Below are positions 46,880-58,327 of a stretch of DNA of 64,000 nucleotides, piece by piece (the stretch's first letter is position 1; the number at the start of each line of letters is the position of its first letter). A program made the translations under genes and the position numbers. The notes below the pieces were generated by a model, which worked only from the letters and a program-made list of their open reading frames with translations, did no database searches and had not been told where the DNA came from. The stretch spans positions 2,112,001-2,176,000 of the forward strand of contig CAUVXB020000002.1 in the NCBI GenBank assembly GCA_963555825.3. The letters run 5' to 3'. The DNA is from Alphaproteobacteria bacterium. GTDB taxonomy: Bacteria > Pseudomonadota > Alphaproteobacteria > JAAXGF01.

Positions 46880-49449
46880 TGTCAATGGCGGAGCAAAAAG
46901 GGACCACCTCGGCGGTGTAAGAAGGGACCGCTTGGCGGCTGCGGGCTTGTCCCCGTAGTCCACGGGAGGGCCCCGCGCGCGACGCGGCGTGCCCTCAACA
47001 GGCTGACGCGGCGGCGCGCGCGGGAGGGACCTGTGGGCCCACGGGGTCAAGCGTGGGCTGGGTGGTCGGTTCAGTTAGCAGTCGGGGTTTGACGCCTGCG
47101 GCTCTGGTTGAGCCTGTAGCTGTCACCGTTCATCTCGAGGATGTTGACGTGGTGGGTGAGGCGATCGAGGAGCGCGCCGGTGAGGCGCTCGGAGCCGAAC
47201 ACCTCGGTCCATTCGTCGAAGGGCAGATTGGTGGTGACCAGGGTCGAGCCCCGCTCGTAGCGTTGGCTGAACACCTCGAACAACAGCTCGGCGCCGGTCT
47301 TCGACAGCGGCACGAAGCCGAGTTCGTCGACGATCAGAAGCTTGTAGGTGGCGAGCTTCTTCTGGAACCTCAGCAGCTGCTTGTCATCGCGGGCCTCGAT
47401 GAGTTCGTGGACCAGCGCGGCGGCGGTGATGAAGCCGACCGAGAGGCCCTTCTGGCAGGCCGCCAGGCCGAGACCGAGGGCGATGTGGGTCTTGCCGGTC
47501 CCACTGTTGCCGAGCGCGATGAGGTTCTCGCGGCGCTCGATGTACTCGCAGCGGGCCAGCTCCAGGACCAGCGCCTTGTTGAGCGAGGGGATGACCTTGA
47601 AGTCGAAGCTGTCGAGGCTCTTGACCACGGGGAAGCGCGCCGCCTTGATGCGCCGCTCGACCATGCGGCGCTCGCGGTCGATCAGCTCGAGCTCGGCGAG
47701 TCTCAACAGGTAGCGGACGTGATCGACGCCTTCCGAGGCGCACTGCCGGGCGATCTTGTCGTACTCGCGCAGGAAGGTCGGCAGCTTCAGCGTCTTGAGG
47801 TGGTGGGCGAGCAGCACTTGCGGTGTGTCGGTCATGCGCCGAGCCCCGACAGCAGGCTCATGTACGACTTGGCGGACGTCATCGCGACCCGGGCGCGCGG
47901 CAGATACGGATAGACGTCGAGGTTGAGCCTGGGCGGCCGCCGCTCGATGCGGCACAGTACCAGGTGCTTCACCGCATCAAAGCCGATTGCGCCGAGCCGC
48001 AGGGCGTCGCCGACCGCACCCTCGACCTCCTCGAGCCGGAAGGTCTCCAGTAGACGGAGCACCTGGACGTACTCGCGCTTGCCTGCCTTGCCCATACGAG
48101 CTTCGAGGAGCCGCCGCAGAGTGATGAAGGCCTCGGGCAGGTCCCAGCCCGCCAATGGCGCGGCCTGGTCGAGGGCGCCGATCTTCTGCTCGATCAAGGG
48201 CAGGTAATGCAGCGGGTCGAAGATCAGGTCCTCGCTGTCGTAGGACCGGCGGTGCCGGGCGATCACCTCGGCCCCGCAGCTGATCACCACCTCATCGACG
48301 TAGCCCCGGATGAGCACCTCACGGTGGCCGTAGGCCACGGGCACGGAATAGTCGTTGCTGCGGTAACGCACCAGCGACAGCGAACTCGCCCGTCCAGGGC
48401 GCTTATCGCAGGCATCATAGGGAGCAGGCGGCAATGGCAAGAGAACTTGACGATCCCGCTCGAGACGCTCGCCGATGGTCTCCTTGTGGCCCCGCAGCCG
48501 CGCCGCCTGGCGCCGGCGGCACTGTTCGGCGAGAGCATCGTTGAGGGCCGCGAAGCTCTCGGCACGCGGGACGGGGACCAGGAAGTTCCGCCGGATGAAG
48601 CCGACCAGTCCCTCGACCTTGCCCTTGTCGTTGCCCTTGCCCGGCCGGCCGAACCTGTCCTCGAACAGATAGTGGGACTGAAGCTCCGTGAAGACGCGCG
48701 TTCGCTGCCGCTTCCCATCGCCCAGGATCCGGGCAACCGCCAGCTTGGTGTTGTCGTACAGGATGGATCGGGGGACGCCGCCGAAGAAGGCAAACGCCGC
48801 GTTGTGGCCATCGCAGAATGCTTCGGTCGTCTCCGCCGGATAGGCCGCAACAAAGCAACCATCACTGTGGGGAAGGTCGAAGGCAAGGAAGTGGATCTTC
48901 CGTAACGCGCCGCCGATCACCGCCATCGCTTCGCCGAAGTCCGCCTGGGCGTGACCGGGGGAATGGGAGAGTGGCACGAACACCTCACGCGACCGAAGCC
49001 CCTGCTCACGAACGTAGTCCTTCACGATGGTGTAGCCGCCCGTGAAACCGTACTCGTCCCGGAGGCGGTCGAAGATGCGCTTCGCAGTGTGCCGTTGCTT
49101 GCGGTGGCTGGTCCGATCGTCTTCCAAGATCCGATCGATGATTCCCGTGAACGGACCCAGCTTTGGCCGCCTCGGCGGCGCGCTTCGGCGATACCCTGGC
49201 GGCACCGAGAACGACAGCATCTTACGGACCGTCTTGCGGTCTACACCAAACACCCGCGAGGCCTCGCGGGTGCTCATCCCCTCGACATGACACGCCCGCC
49301 GAACCCGTGCGTACAACTCCACCCGATACATCCCCCCCGCCTTCCAGTCAGAGCAACCCTGACAGAAGGCTATACGCGGTCCCATTTTGGTCCGCCGCAG
49401 CCGGATCGACCGGCCGCTTCAGTGGGGGATTATTGCTCTGCCGTTCTCA
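46880..49449 (-). mobile_element. IS21-family element, copy C (istA 47832-49331, istB 47071-47835)
   Basis: Exact 6-bp target duplication CCGCTC; near-identical to copies A and B. Confidence 0.96.
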
Positions 49450-49954
49450 CCGCTCCAATCGTCAGTAACGATCAGCGATCCCGGCGCGACGGTGCTCTCG
49501 ACGAACCCACAGAGCGACTCGGCGCTACGGTCGAGCACGACGGCGAGCCGAACGCGTCCGGCATAGCGTCCGTCTTTCCGGTTGTCGAGCTTGGTGCCCG
49601 GCTTTCGATGACGCACCTCGATGGCACAGGAGACGAGAACCTTGTGGTGAACACCACGGCCTTCCCCACGCGTTCGCCCGCCAACCCAGGTTTCGTCCAC
49701 CTCAACATGGTTCTTGGGCTGTCCACCGATCCTGTCTTGGTTGGGCCGCACCATGCCCGAGCGGAGCTTGTGGAGAATTTGAAAGGCCGTCTCGTAGCGC
49801 GAAAGACCAAGTTGCCGCTGAAACTGCACGGCGGACATGCCGGGCGTCTGACTGGCGACCAGATAAGCGGCCCAGAACCAGACGTTCAGCGGAGTGTGGC
49901 TACGCTCCATCACTGTTCCCACCGTCAGCCCGGTGTTCTGGCGGCACTTGCGGC

Positions 49955-51604
49955 GGGTGCGAGTCTCGTATGGCATTGATAGCAGCGGCTTCGTTCATTG
50001 AGTTCAGGCAGCGATGGCGATGACGGCACAGGGATTGATGTTGTCGTTGGCCGGTGTGTCGGTTGCGCCGATGATGGCCTTCCATGCCCGGTCGAAGCGA
50101 GCGGATTTGATCAGGGCGCGGAAGGTCAGCACAGCCTGCCCGCTGGCGATCCGCCAGCGCATGCCGGAGCGCTTCATGCGCTGGGTCACCAGGGTCTTGT
50201 TGGCCGCCTCGACGACGCCTGAGCCGATGGCGACGCCCTCTGCCTTCAGGGTGTGGTAGCGCATGCGCTGGCGGTGCTTGCGGAAGAAGGCGAGTTCCCG
50301 TTCGATCTCGGCCCGATCCGGCTTTGCGCTATCACGAAGGTGGCGCAACGCCCGGATCACCTTGTCGACGCCGCAGGGGTCGTGACGCAGAACCTCGCGG
50401 TACCTCTCGAACCAGTCGGAGGCCACCGCATGGTCGGATGCCGTTCGGAGATGTTCGCAGGCATGCCAGAAGTCGATGACCTCGGTTTCGGGCGACAGGG
50501 TCTCCAGGAAGGTCCAATTGTCGGCGGCGGCGTCGGCGATAGCGACGATCCTGACGTCGGGGCGCAGCTGCCTGATATGTGCGACTTCGCTTGCGAGCTG
50601 CGCCTTCAGTGTGACCTTGCCGCTCTCCGGCATGCGGCCGAGATAGATGGTCTTCAGACGCTCGCCCCTGGCGTCGTGGAAGGAAACCGTGCCGCAGGCG
50701 GCCTCGCGCCAGGAGGCCTCGGCACGGCCGTCCTCGCCGGCCCGCAGCGGCACCATGACGCCGTCGAGCGACACCGAGGCGCTGTGACCGCCTCGTGCGG
50801 TACGCCCTCGGCGTCACGGATGCTGTCCAGCGTCTCGGGGCCGAGGGTCTCCCAGCGCTCGTGCATGGTCCGTGTCAGGCGCTGCAGGGTGCTCACCGAC
50901 GGCGTCATGGCGCCGGTCTTCGCAAAGAACGCCGCCGCTTCCCGCGCCGTGCAGTGACCCATCATCAGCAGACCGAGCTGAGCCGCCGGCCGCGTCAGGT
51001 AATCGTCGACGAGACCCAGGCTCTCGTCGACCGGCACCGGCGATGACCCGCTTGCGCCGCTACGGTAACGGGCACGCCGGTAGGTCAGCGGACCGAGCGA
51101 GGTCATGATCGTCTTCGCCGTCACCGCGACCCGGAACCAGCTCTGCCCGTCCCGCTCGATCCGGGACGCGCCGTCGTCCCGCTTCTCGATGACGGCGCCC
51201 AGAAGCTCACAAGCGAGCGCGTTCATGGTCTCACGCACCCGCAACTCAGCCTCCTCGAACGCCTCGGGACACGGGTCCGAGCGAAACTGCTCGTGACAGA
51301 CTGCGACCACCTGGGCGACCGCCTCGGCGACCCGGGCAGGCACGCCGGAAAGATCGATGGACGAGGGTGCCGGAGAGCGGGATACTGACATGGGAACGCT
51401 CCTGATGTTGGGCTTCTCCACACAGCATCCTACCGTCTCTTGCGGTACGGAGCGTCCCCACCTTCCCCCGCTCGGCCCTGCCGGCGTGACAAAATCCTCC
51501 CCTGGGATGGCCGATTGTCACGAAACCCCGTTTCCGGCCGTCCGTTTCGACAGCGAAATCGCGCTACTTCAATAACTTACGTTTGCCACACCAGACCCAC
51601 ACCC
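49955..51604 (-). mobile_element. ISKra4/ISLre2-type (prokaryotic Mutator-like) IS with frameshifted transposase
   Basis: 8-bp duplication CTTGCGGC; imperfect 21-bp GGGTG inverted repeats; SLDG, DFWHACEHL, IGSGVVEAANK..RMKRSGMRW. Confidence 0.85.
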
Positions 51605-51875
51605 CTTGCGGCAGCGCAGGACGCCAGGGCGGTTTTCAAAGTGGAACGGCTCTCCCGCCGTGCCGCAGTGCGGGCAGGCAAAGCCGTCTCCCCAGCGGGC
51701 TTTCTCCAGGTAGGCGGCGCAGGCCGCATCATCGGGGAAAAGTCGCTGGAACTCGGGTAGCGAATGCGGGAATGGGAGATCGGCGCGGTCGAGAACATCC
51801 ATGGCGCGCTCCCCTATATCCGGTTTGCGCCCATTCTAGCCCTAGTGGGTGTGGGTGTAAACCGGATAGGCAAGG

Positions 51876-52181
51876 TTCGAACCCCGTGTCACCGCCTTCG
51901 ACATCGTCAATGAGTTGCCTGAGTGCTTTCCTCCCCTCAATCTTCAGACCACTCTTTCCAGCGTCTGTATATGTCTTGACGATTTCCATGTCATGCAGCT
52001 CTGCGTACCTCTGGATGGCATCGGACTGGTTTTCGGTCGAGTATATTTGATGCTCTGTGGACATCCGAACGTATTCGGCGGCCCGGAACTTCCTGGTTTC
52101 CGTGTCGTCAGTGATCTCCCGTCCTCGGTCTGACTGTTCGATCAACTTGCTTTCCCTACCAACACGCTCTCGCGCCGCCAA
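51876..52181 (-). pseudogene. Large serine recombinase, N-terminal catalytic fragment
   Basis: AAEYVRMSTEHQ (catalytic Ser), YTDAGKSG, R.ALRQL; joins 46534 in frame (DTGFE-VILVYD) once IS1595 is removed. Confidence 0.88.
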
Positions 52182-52355
52182 TTGCAGGCTTGACCCTGCC
52201 TTTTCGAAACGAAAGGGACGTTCGACCGGCTGGTGATCTTCTTCGTGTTTTCAAACCTTAGACACGGAGATCAGGAATGTCCTTTCGTAAAAAGGGCCGA
52301 AAATTTCGGCCCATTTCCGTAAAAAACTTTTCCGAAACCATCTGATAGAGCTGGG

Positions 52356-52682
52356 GTGAGTGACGAGTATGATTTCACCGCCGTTATCGCTGAGACGTTA
52401 CGGGATGCTCTTGGCGGCAGCCGCATGGCCATCAAAACGGTGATGGCGTACACAGGCGCCGGCGAACGCGCGGTCAAGAACTGGTTTGAGGCCAAGAACG
52501 GTCCAAACGGTGAAAACCTGATTGAACTTGTCCGCCACTCAGACGAGGTCCTAGAGGCGTTCCTGCGAATGTCTGGCCGAGAAGAAATCCTAACGGCGAA
52601 AAAGCTGGTAGATGCTCGCAGCACATTGGTCGAGATGTTGAAAACCATCGACCAGCTACAAGGCAGCGACCCGCCTGGATAG
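52356..52682 (+). CDS. Small hypothetical protein, possible HTH, divergent from the recombinase
   Basis: KTVMAYTGAGERAVKNWFEAKNGP resembles an XRE-type HTH; island-like GC. Confidence 0.6.
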   Translation: MSDEYDFTAVIAETLRDALGGSRMAIKTVMAYTGAGERAVKNWFEAKNGPNGENLIELVRHSDEVLEAFLRMSGREEILTAKKLVDARSTLVEMLKTIDQLQGSDPPG

Positions 52683-52821
52683 TCGTTGAGCGTTTAGCGA
52701 GTGGTTGGTCGCACGCGCACGGTGCATCTATCACGATCAACCCGCCAGCCGACGGTAGCTGAACAAGCGTGTATAGAAGTTTAGCGCTTGTTCTCCGTTA
52801 CCACATTGTTATTATTAAGGT

Positions 52822-53484
52822 TTAATTAGTTACAACATGGTCGACCAGTACCAGATGGCGGCCGTCGGCCAGGGTGCGGCGCTTGGCGCGCACGGCGAAG
52901 GCGCCGCGCATGTTCTCAAAGCGCTGGCGCCGGGTGCGACCGGCCTGGCTCGGCGTCGGCCGCGTGCGCTTGAGCAGATCGGGTACGAAATCGACGCCGG
53001 CGAGGCGCGCCAGCGCGCCGCCGATCAGCGCCGACTGGTTGTAGCGTCGCGCGAACAGGCGGAAGCGGTGCAGCGGCACCGGCACGACCGCGTCGCAGTC
53101 GGCGAGCAGCGTGTCGCCGACGCGCATCATGAGCTGGGCGAGCGACAGCGCCGCGTGGGTCTGGTCGCCGTGCTTGAGGCCGAGCACGACCTCGCGCCCG
53201 ACGCCGGCATAGCGCACCGCGGACCGGGCATGGTCGAAGTCGGGCGGCGTCGCGGTGCAGGCGCCGCACAGCGCATCCGGCCCCTCGTCGACGTCGAACG
53301 GGAAACCGCATAGCGCGCAGTTCGGCGGCGTGATGAAATCGACGCCGGTCCAGCAGCGCGGGCACAGCCGGCCCGGCCGGTCGACCGGCGCCGGGCAGGC
53401 CAGGCAGCGCGGCGGCAACAGCGCATCGAGCAGCGCGGCACCCCAGCGCCGGGGCGCCCCGGACGATGTCTCGGGCGGCAACAT
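52822..53484 (-). pseudogene. comF: ComF-family competence protein, truncated in its PRPP-binding motif
   Basis: Zn-finger Cys pairs, VPVPLH, RRYNQS; ends LVLVDHVVTN* where LVDDVxTTG and a further C-terminal tail are expected. Confidence 0.85.
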
Positions 53485-53562
53485 GACCCAGTATGCGCGC
53501 CGCCCCCGGCCCCGCGTCAAGCGCGGCGGCTGGACGGCTCGACAGACAAACGATCATCACAT

Positions 53563-53586
53563 ATAGTTAACTTGATGGTTAACTAT
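53563..53586. promoter_or_regulatory. Palindromic operator overlapping the ArsR gene start
   Basis: ATAGTTAAC-N6-GTTAACTAT, perfect 9-bp arms. Confidence 0.6.
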
Positions 53587-53880
53587 GATCTCGACACGGC
53601 CTTCGCGGCGCTCGCCGACGCGACGCGGCGCGCCATTCTCGTGCGCCTCTCCGAGGGCGACGCCACGGTCGGCGCGCTGGCGGCGCCCTTCGACATGTCG
53701 TTGCCGGCGGTCTCCAAGCACCTCAAGCTGCTCGAGCGCGCCGGGCTGATCAGGCGCGAACGCGACGGCCGCGTGCACCGTTGCCGTCTCGACCCCGACC
53801 GGCTGCGCGCCACCGCGGCGTGGCTCGAGCACCAGGGGCGCGCCTGGGAGGATCGGTTCTACGCACTCGACGGCGATTGA
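53572..53880 (+). CDS. ArsR/SmtB-family transcriptional regulator
   Basis: FAALADATRRAIL, SLPAVSKHLKLLERAGLI. Confidence 0.9.
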   Translation: MMVNYDLDTAFAALADATRRAILVRLSEGDATVGALAAPFDMSLPAVSKHLKLLERAGLIRRERDGRVHRCRLDPDRLRATAAWLEHQGRAWEDRFYALDGD

Positions 53881-53948
53881 GCGCGGAGACTTCGGCGCCT
53901 TCATCGAGAGCAAAGGCTTCCGCCTGATATAGGCTCGAACTGAAACTT

Positions 53949-54087
53949 CCAGCCCGCGCCAATCTTATCCCAACAAGAGGGGGGCCGCCGACCGTTCGGC
54001 CAATCCTTATGGGATCAAGAATGGCCTTGTGGGATAAAGATTGGCATGCGCGGCGATTGAGCGCAGGTCACCAAAGGTGACCGCACA
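53949..54087 (+). repeat. Dispersed intergenic structured repeat, copy 3
   Basis: Same core as copies 1 and 2; terminal hairpin GGTCACC-AAA-GGTGACC. Confidence 0.8.
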
Positions 54088-54192
54088 ATAGTTACGTTTG
54101 GCTGAACCGGTAGTGGCTGCTCTGGGTCTGGGTGACCGCCGCGCGCAGCCAAGCCTCGTCGACGCCCGCTCACCGAAGCGGTCGGCCGCATA

Positions 54193-55664
54193 GCAGCCCG
54201 TTGACGAAGTCTTCCCTGGACGAAGTCGGCATGGTCTGATTCTCTGGTGTCCTGGCCTGAAGGGGGGTTCGCTGATGGCGATGGGACAGCAGAAGGATCG
54301 TCAGGGGGACTTGATGGTGAGCTGGTCGGAGATGCCGCGCTCGCCAGGTCATGTATTTTACGACCGCCTGCAGTTGGTACTGATCGAGGGCGGCTTCGAC
54401 GGCTTCGCCGAGGCGGTCTGCCAGCCCTATTACGCGGCCAGGATGGGGGCGCCTTCGGTGCCACCCGGGCGCTACTTCCGTATGCACCTGGTGGGCTACT
54501 TCGAGGGTATCGACTCTGAGCGTGGGCTGGAGTGGCGGTGCTCGGATTCCCTGTCGCTACGGGAGTTCCTGCTGTTGGAGAGGCGGGAACGGGTGCCGGA
54601 CCATTCCTGGCTGTCACGGACCCGCGCGCGCCTGCCCCATGAAGTCCACACGGCGGTGTTTGACTGGGTCCTGGCGCTGATCGCCGAGGCGGGTCTGGTG
54701 AAGGGCGAGCGCATCGGGGTGGATGCCTCGACCATGGAGGCCAACGCGGCGCTGCGCAACATCGTGCGGAGGGACACGGGCGAGGGTTACCGGGGGATGC
54801 TGGAGCGCTTGGCCCAGGAGAGCGGTATCGAGACACCCACGGCTGAGGACCTGGCGCGTCTGGACCGCAAGCGCAAGGGCAAGAAGCTCTCGAACCAGGA
54901 CTGGGTTTCCAGGAGCGACCCCGAGGCCAAGATCGCCAAGATGAAGGACGGCACCACGCACCTGGCCTACAAGCCCGAGCACGCGGTGGATCTGGACACC
55001 GGCGCGGTGGTGGCGGCGGAGCTGCACCCGGCCGACGAGGGCGATACGACAACGCTTCCCAAGACCCTGGCGGCGGCCGAGGCAAACCTCGAGGCGGTGG
55101 ATGTGGCGCCGACGGCCGAAGATCCGGCCGAATGTGTGACCGATAAGGGCTACCACTCACGGTTGGTCTTGAAGGCGCTCGACGACGGCCCCTGGAAGAG
55201 CCGGATCTCCGAGCCCAAGCAGAAGGGTTTTGCGCGCTGGCACGGAGATGATGCGGCTCGCCGGGCGGTCACCAACAACCGGACCCGGCTGTTATCGGGG
55301 GTGGCCAGGGAAGCCTTCAAGCTGCGCGCCGAGATCGTCGAGCGCTCCTTTGCCCACAACCTCGATCGCGGCGGTATGCGCCGGACCTGGCTTCGGGGCC
55401 GCGAGAACGTGCACAAGCGATACCTGCTTCACGTCGCCGGCCACAACCTATCGTTGCTGATGCGCCAACTCATCGGCGCCGGCACCCCGAAGGAGGCCGT
55501 GGCGGGCGGAATTGGCGCCTTGTTCGTGCTTGTTACGCCCGCTGGAGCCGTCCTGGTCGTTCAGATCGTCCTCATCGTCTCGGAGGATGGCGAAACCGCC
55601 TTCGCCGCGATATGCTTCGCCGTGGCGTGAAACCCGGTCAATGACGCCTTTTTCAACGGGCTGT
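54193..55664 (+). mobile_element. IS1182-like DDE element (transposase 54275-55630)
   Basis: Inverted repeat CAGCCCGTTGA/TCAACGGGCTG; TA duplication; GIDSER.LE, PDHS, VDAST, DKGY, VERSF. Confidence 0.88.
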
Positions 55665-56779
55665 TAGGGCGCGGGGTCGAGGCGTGGTTTCGCGCCGGTC
55701 ACGGCATCGGCGATGAGACGCCCGGCGAGGCCCGAGAGCGTGACGCCCGCCGAGTTCATGGCGCTCGCCACGAACAGCCCGTCGATGCCGCCGACCGGGC
55801 CGACCAGCGGCTCGCCGTCGGGCGTGAAGGCCTCCGGGCCGTTGACGAAGCGCGTGACCGGCGCGTGCTCGAGCGCCGGAAATAGTTGCATCGCGCGTTC
55901 TGCATAAGGCGCGATCTTGTCCCAGTCCTCGTCGAGCAGCGAGAAGGTAAAGTTGTCGGGCGGCGCGCCGTCGCCGGCGTCCAGCGTCTTGGCGTCGGCG
56001 TCGAAGAAGCCGTAGAGCATGCCGCCGACCTCCTCGCGACCGTAAATCGAATCCTCGGGCGAGACGAACGATGGCGTCGCGGGGCCGAGCGCCGGTTCGG
56101 GCCGCGCGATGAGGTAGAAATGCTCGCAGCCCCACTGCGCCAGCGCGACGCCGGCGCCGGCCAGGAAACGGCGCGACCAGAGCCCGGCGGCGACGACCAC
56201 GACATCGGCGTCGATGCGCCCGTCGGCGGTGTCGAGCCCGGCGACCCGGCCGCCCCGGGTTACCAGGCCGGTGACCGCGCAGCCCTCGCGCAGCACGACG
56301 CCGCGTCGGCGCGCCGCGCGCGCATAGGCCGCTGTCAGGTCGGCCGGGTTGAGCCGGCCCGACAGGCCGTTGAGCCAGGCGCCGGCGATCGCGCCGGGAT
56401 CGAGCAGCGGGTGGTGGCGCGCCGCCTCGGCGGGGCTGAGCAGTCGCGAGCCGTAGCCGCGTTGCTCGGCAATGCGCATCGAATCGGTAAAGTCATCGAG
56501 CGTCTCGGGCTTGCGCGCCAGGAACAGACGGCCGGTCTTGAGCCAGCCGGTCGCCTGGTCGGCCTCGCGGGCGACCGTCTCGGCCGCCTCGAGGGTGGCC
56601 AGCACCGGCCCGTCGTTGCGCGCCGACCAGGTGATGTTGCCGGCCGAATGCCAGGTCGAGCCGGCGCCCAGCCGCGCGCGCTCGACGAGCACGATCTCGC
56701 CGGCCTCGGCCGCCGCCAGATGCCAGGCGACACTCGCACCGATCACCCCGCCGCCGACGATCGCGATGCGTCGCGCCAT
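55664..56779 (-). pseudogene. FAD-dependent oxidoreductase (DAO/dimethylglycine-oxidase-like); C-terminus cut off by the IS
   Basis: GGGVIG, GSTWHSAG, NGPEAFTPDG; reading continues YAADRFG beyond the IS at 54192. Confidence 0.82.
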
Positions 56780-56844
56780 GGCGTCCCCTTCGGTATCGCT
56801 GCGCGACGTTTAGCACGTCGGCGCTGTCGGGTTATAGTGGCGTC

Positions 56845-58314
56845 ATGGGCGACGCCATCGACGTCTTCGATCCCGCCGCGGTGCGCCGCCACCGCGCGCG
56901 CGCCGCGCCGGACTTCGGCTCGCACGACTTTCTCGTGCGCGAGATCGCCGAGCGGCTCGCCGGCCGGCTCGACGACGTGCGCCGCAGTTTTCCCGTCGCG
57001 CTCGATCTCGGCCATCACGCTGCCCTGGCGGCGGGCCGCGGCGGCATCGGCCGCGTGCTGCGCTGCGGCACCGTGGCCGACCACGGACCGGTCGCGGCCG
57101 ACGAGGCACTGCTGCCCTTCGCCAACGCTTCCTTCGACCGGGCGATCGCCTGCAGGCCTGAATTCGTGCTGGCGCATACCAATTTGGGCAATCTGCAAAA
57201 GCTTCTCGGCCGGCCCGACGAATCGGCCGCGTGCTTTCGGCGCGCGATCGCGCTCAAGCCGGACATGGCCGAATTGCGGGTTAACCTCGGCACCGCGCTG
57301 AAGGCGGCCGGCCGGCTCGACGCGGCCGCTGACGCCTACCGCGCGGCAGTGGCGCTCGATCCCGGCCTCGCCGAGGCGCATCGCGGGCTCGGCATCACGC
57401 TCGCGGATCTGGGCCGCGATGACGCGGCCGAGGCGGCGCTGTTACGCGCCATCGGGCTCGACCCCGATGCCGCAGCGGCACATCATGATCTGGCCGAATT
57501 GCTGCTTCGGCGGGGTGACGCGACGGCCGCGTTCGCGGCCTGCGATGACTGCCTCGCCGTCGACCCGGGCAACAGCCGGGCACTTGCCGTGAAGGCGGCC
57601 GCCCTCGATGAACGGGGCGCGCGCGCCGCGGTCCGCGTGCTGGTCGACTTGGACCATTTGATCAAGACGACGCGGTTCGACGCGGCTGACGGTTTCGCCG
57701 ACATGGCGGCATTCAACGCGGCGCTTGCCGATCACGTGTGCAACCACCCGACGCGCAACTTCGAACCGCCCAACAAGGCCACCCGGCTTGGTACTCAGAC
57801 GCGCGAACTGCTGATCGAACCCAAGGGGCCGGTCGCGGCGCTCGAAGGGATGATCATCGGCGCGGTCGAGGACTACCTCGATATCCTGCCGGCAATGGCC
57901 GACCATCCGGTTGCCGCCGCCGCGCCGCGCGATTGGTGGCTGACCGCCTGGGCGACGATCCTCGATAGCGGCGGGTACCAGACGCCGCACATCCACCCAG
58001 CCGCTTGGCTCTCGGGCGTCTATTACGTTCAGGTTCCGTCGGCCGTCACGGCCGATGATCCCGCATGCGCCGGATGGATCGAATTCGGCCGACCCGATCC
58101 GGGCTACGATCTGGCGGTCGAACCAGACGTCCGGCTGATCCGACCCGAAGCGGGGCGGATCGTGCTGTTCCCGTCCTATTTCTATCACCGCACACTGCCG
58201 TTCGAGGCGAGCGATTGTCGCATCAGCATCGCGTTCGATATCATGCGCGAGGATATGTCGCAGAGTCTCGCGAAACTCGTCCCTATCGCACCCGGCGCCG
58301 GTGGCGGCCGGTGA
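56845..58314 (+). CDS. Chimeric ORF: BioC-like methyltransferase N-terminus + TPRs + TIGR02466-like 2OG-Fe(II) oxygenase
   Basis: FDPAAVRRHRARAA..RLDDVRRSF..ALDLG..LPFANASFD, then TPRs, then PHIHPAAWLSGVYYV..FPSYFYH..RISIAFD. Confidence 0.8.
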   Translation: MGDAIDVFDPAAVRRHRARAAPDFGSHDFLVREIAERLAGRLDDVRRSFPVALDLGHHAALAAGRGGIGRVLRCGTVADHGPVAADEALLPFANASFDRAIACRPEFVLAHTNLGNLQKLLGRPDESAACFRRAIALKPDMAELRVNLGTALKAAGRLDAAADAYRAAVALDPGLAEAHRGLGITLADLGRDDAAEAALLRAIGLDPDAAAAHHDLAELLLRRGDATAAFAACDDCLAVDPGNSRALAVKAAALDERGARAAVRVLVDLDHLIKTTRFDAADGFADMAAFNAALADHVCNHPTRNFEPPNKATRLGTQTRELLIEPKGPVAALEGMIIGAVEDYLDILPAMADHPVAAAAPRDWWLTAWATILDSGGYQTPHIHPAAWLSGVYYVQVPSAVTADDPACAGWIEFGRPDPGYDLAVEPDVRLIRPEAGRIVLFPSYFYHRTLPFEASDCRISIAFDIMREDMSQSLAKLVPIAPGAGGGR

Positions 58315-58327
58315 CCCGCGGGCCCCA

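Larger units (their letters stand above)
46535..51875 (-). mobile_element. IS1595-family (ISSod11-like) element, itself interrupted by IS21 copy C and an ISKra4-like IS
   Basis: Inverted repeat CCTTGCCTATCCGGTT.AC.CCCA; TTCGAA duplication; transposase pieces CPHCG (51605-51802), VEVDETWVGG/TDDW (49450-49954), HHGVS..YLNEF.FRFNRR (46549-46879). Confidence 0.9.

Noticed and set aside
53567-53583. CtrA box at the ArsR gene start
   Set aside because: Spacing is TTAA-N8-TTAA rather than N7; the longer palindrome fits an ArsR autoregulatory operator better.
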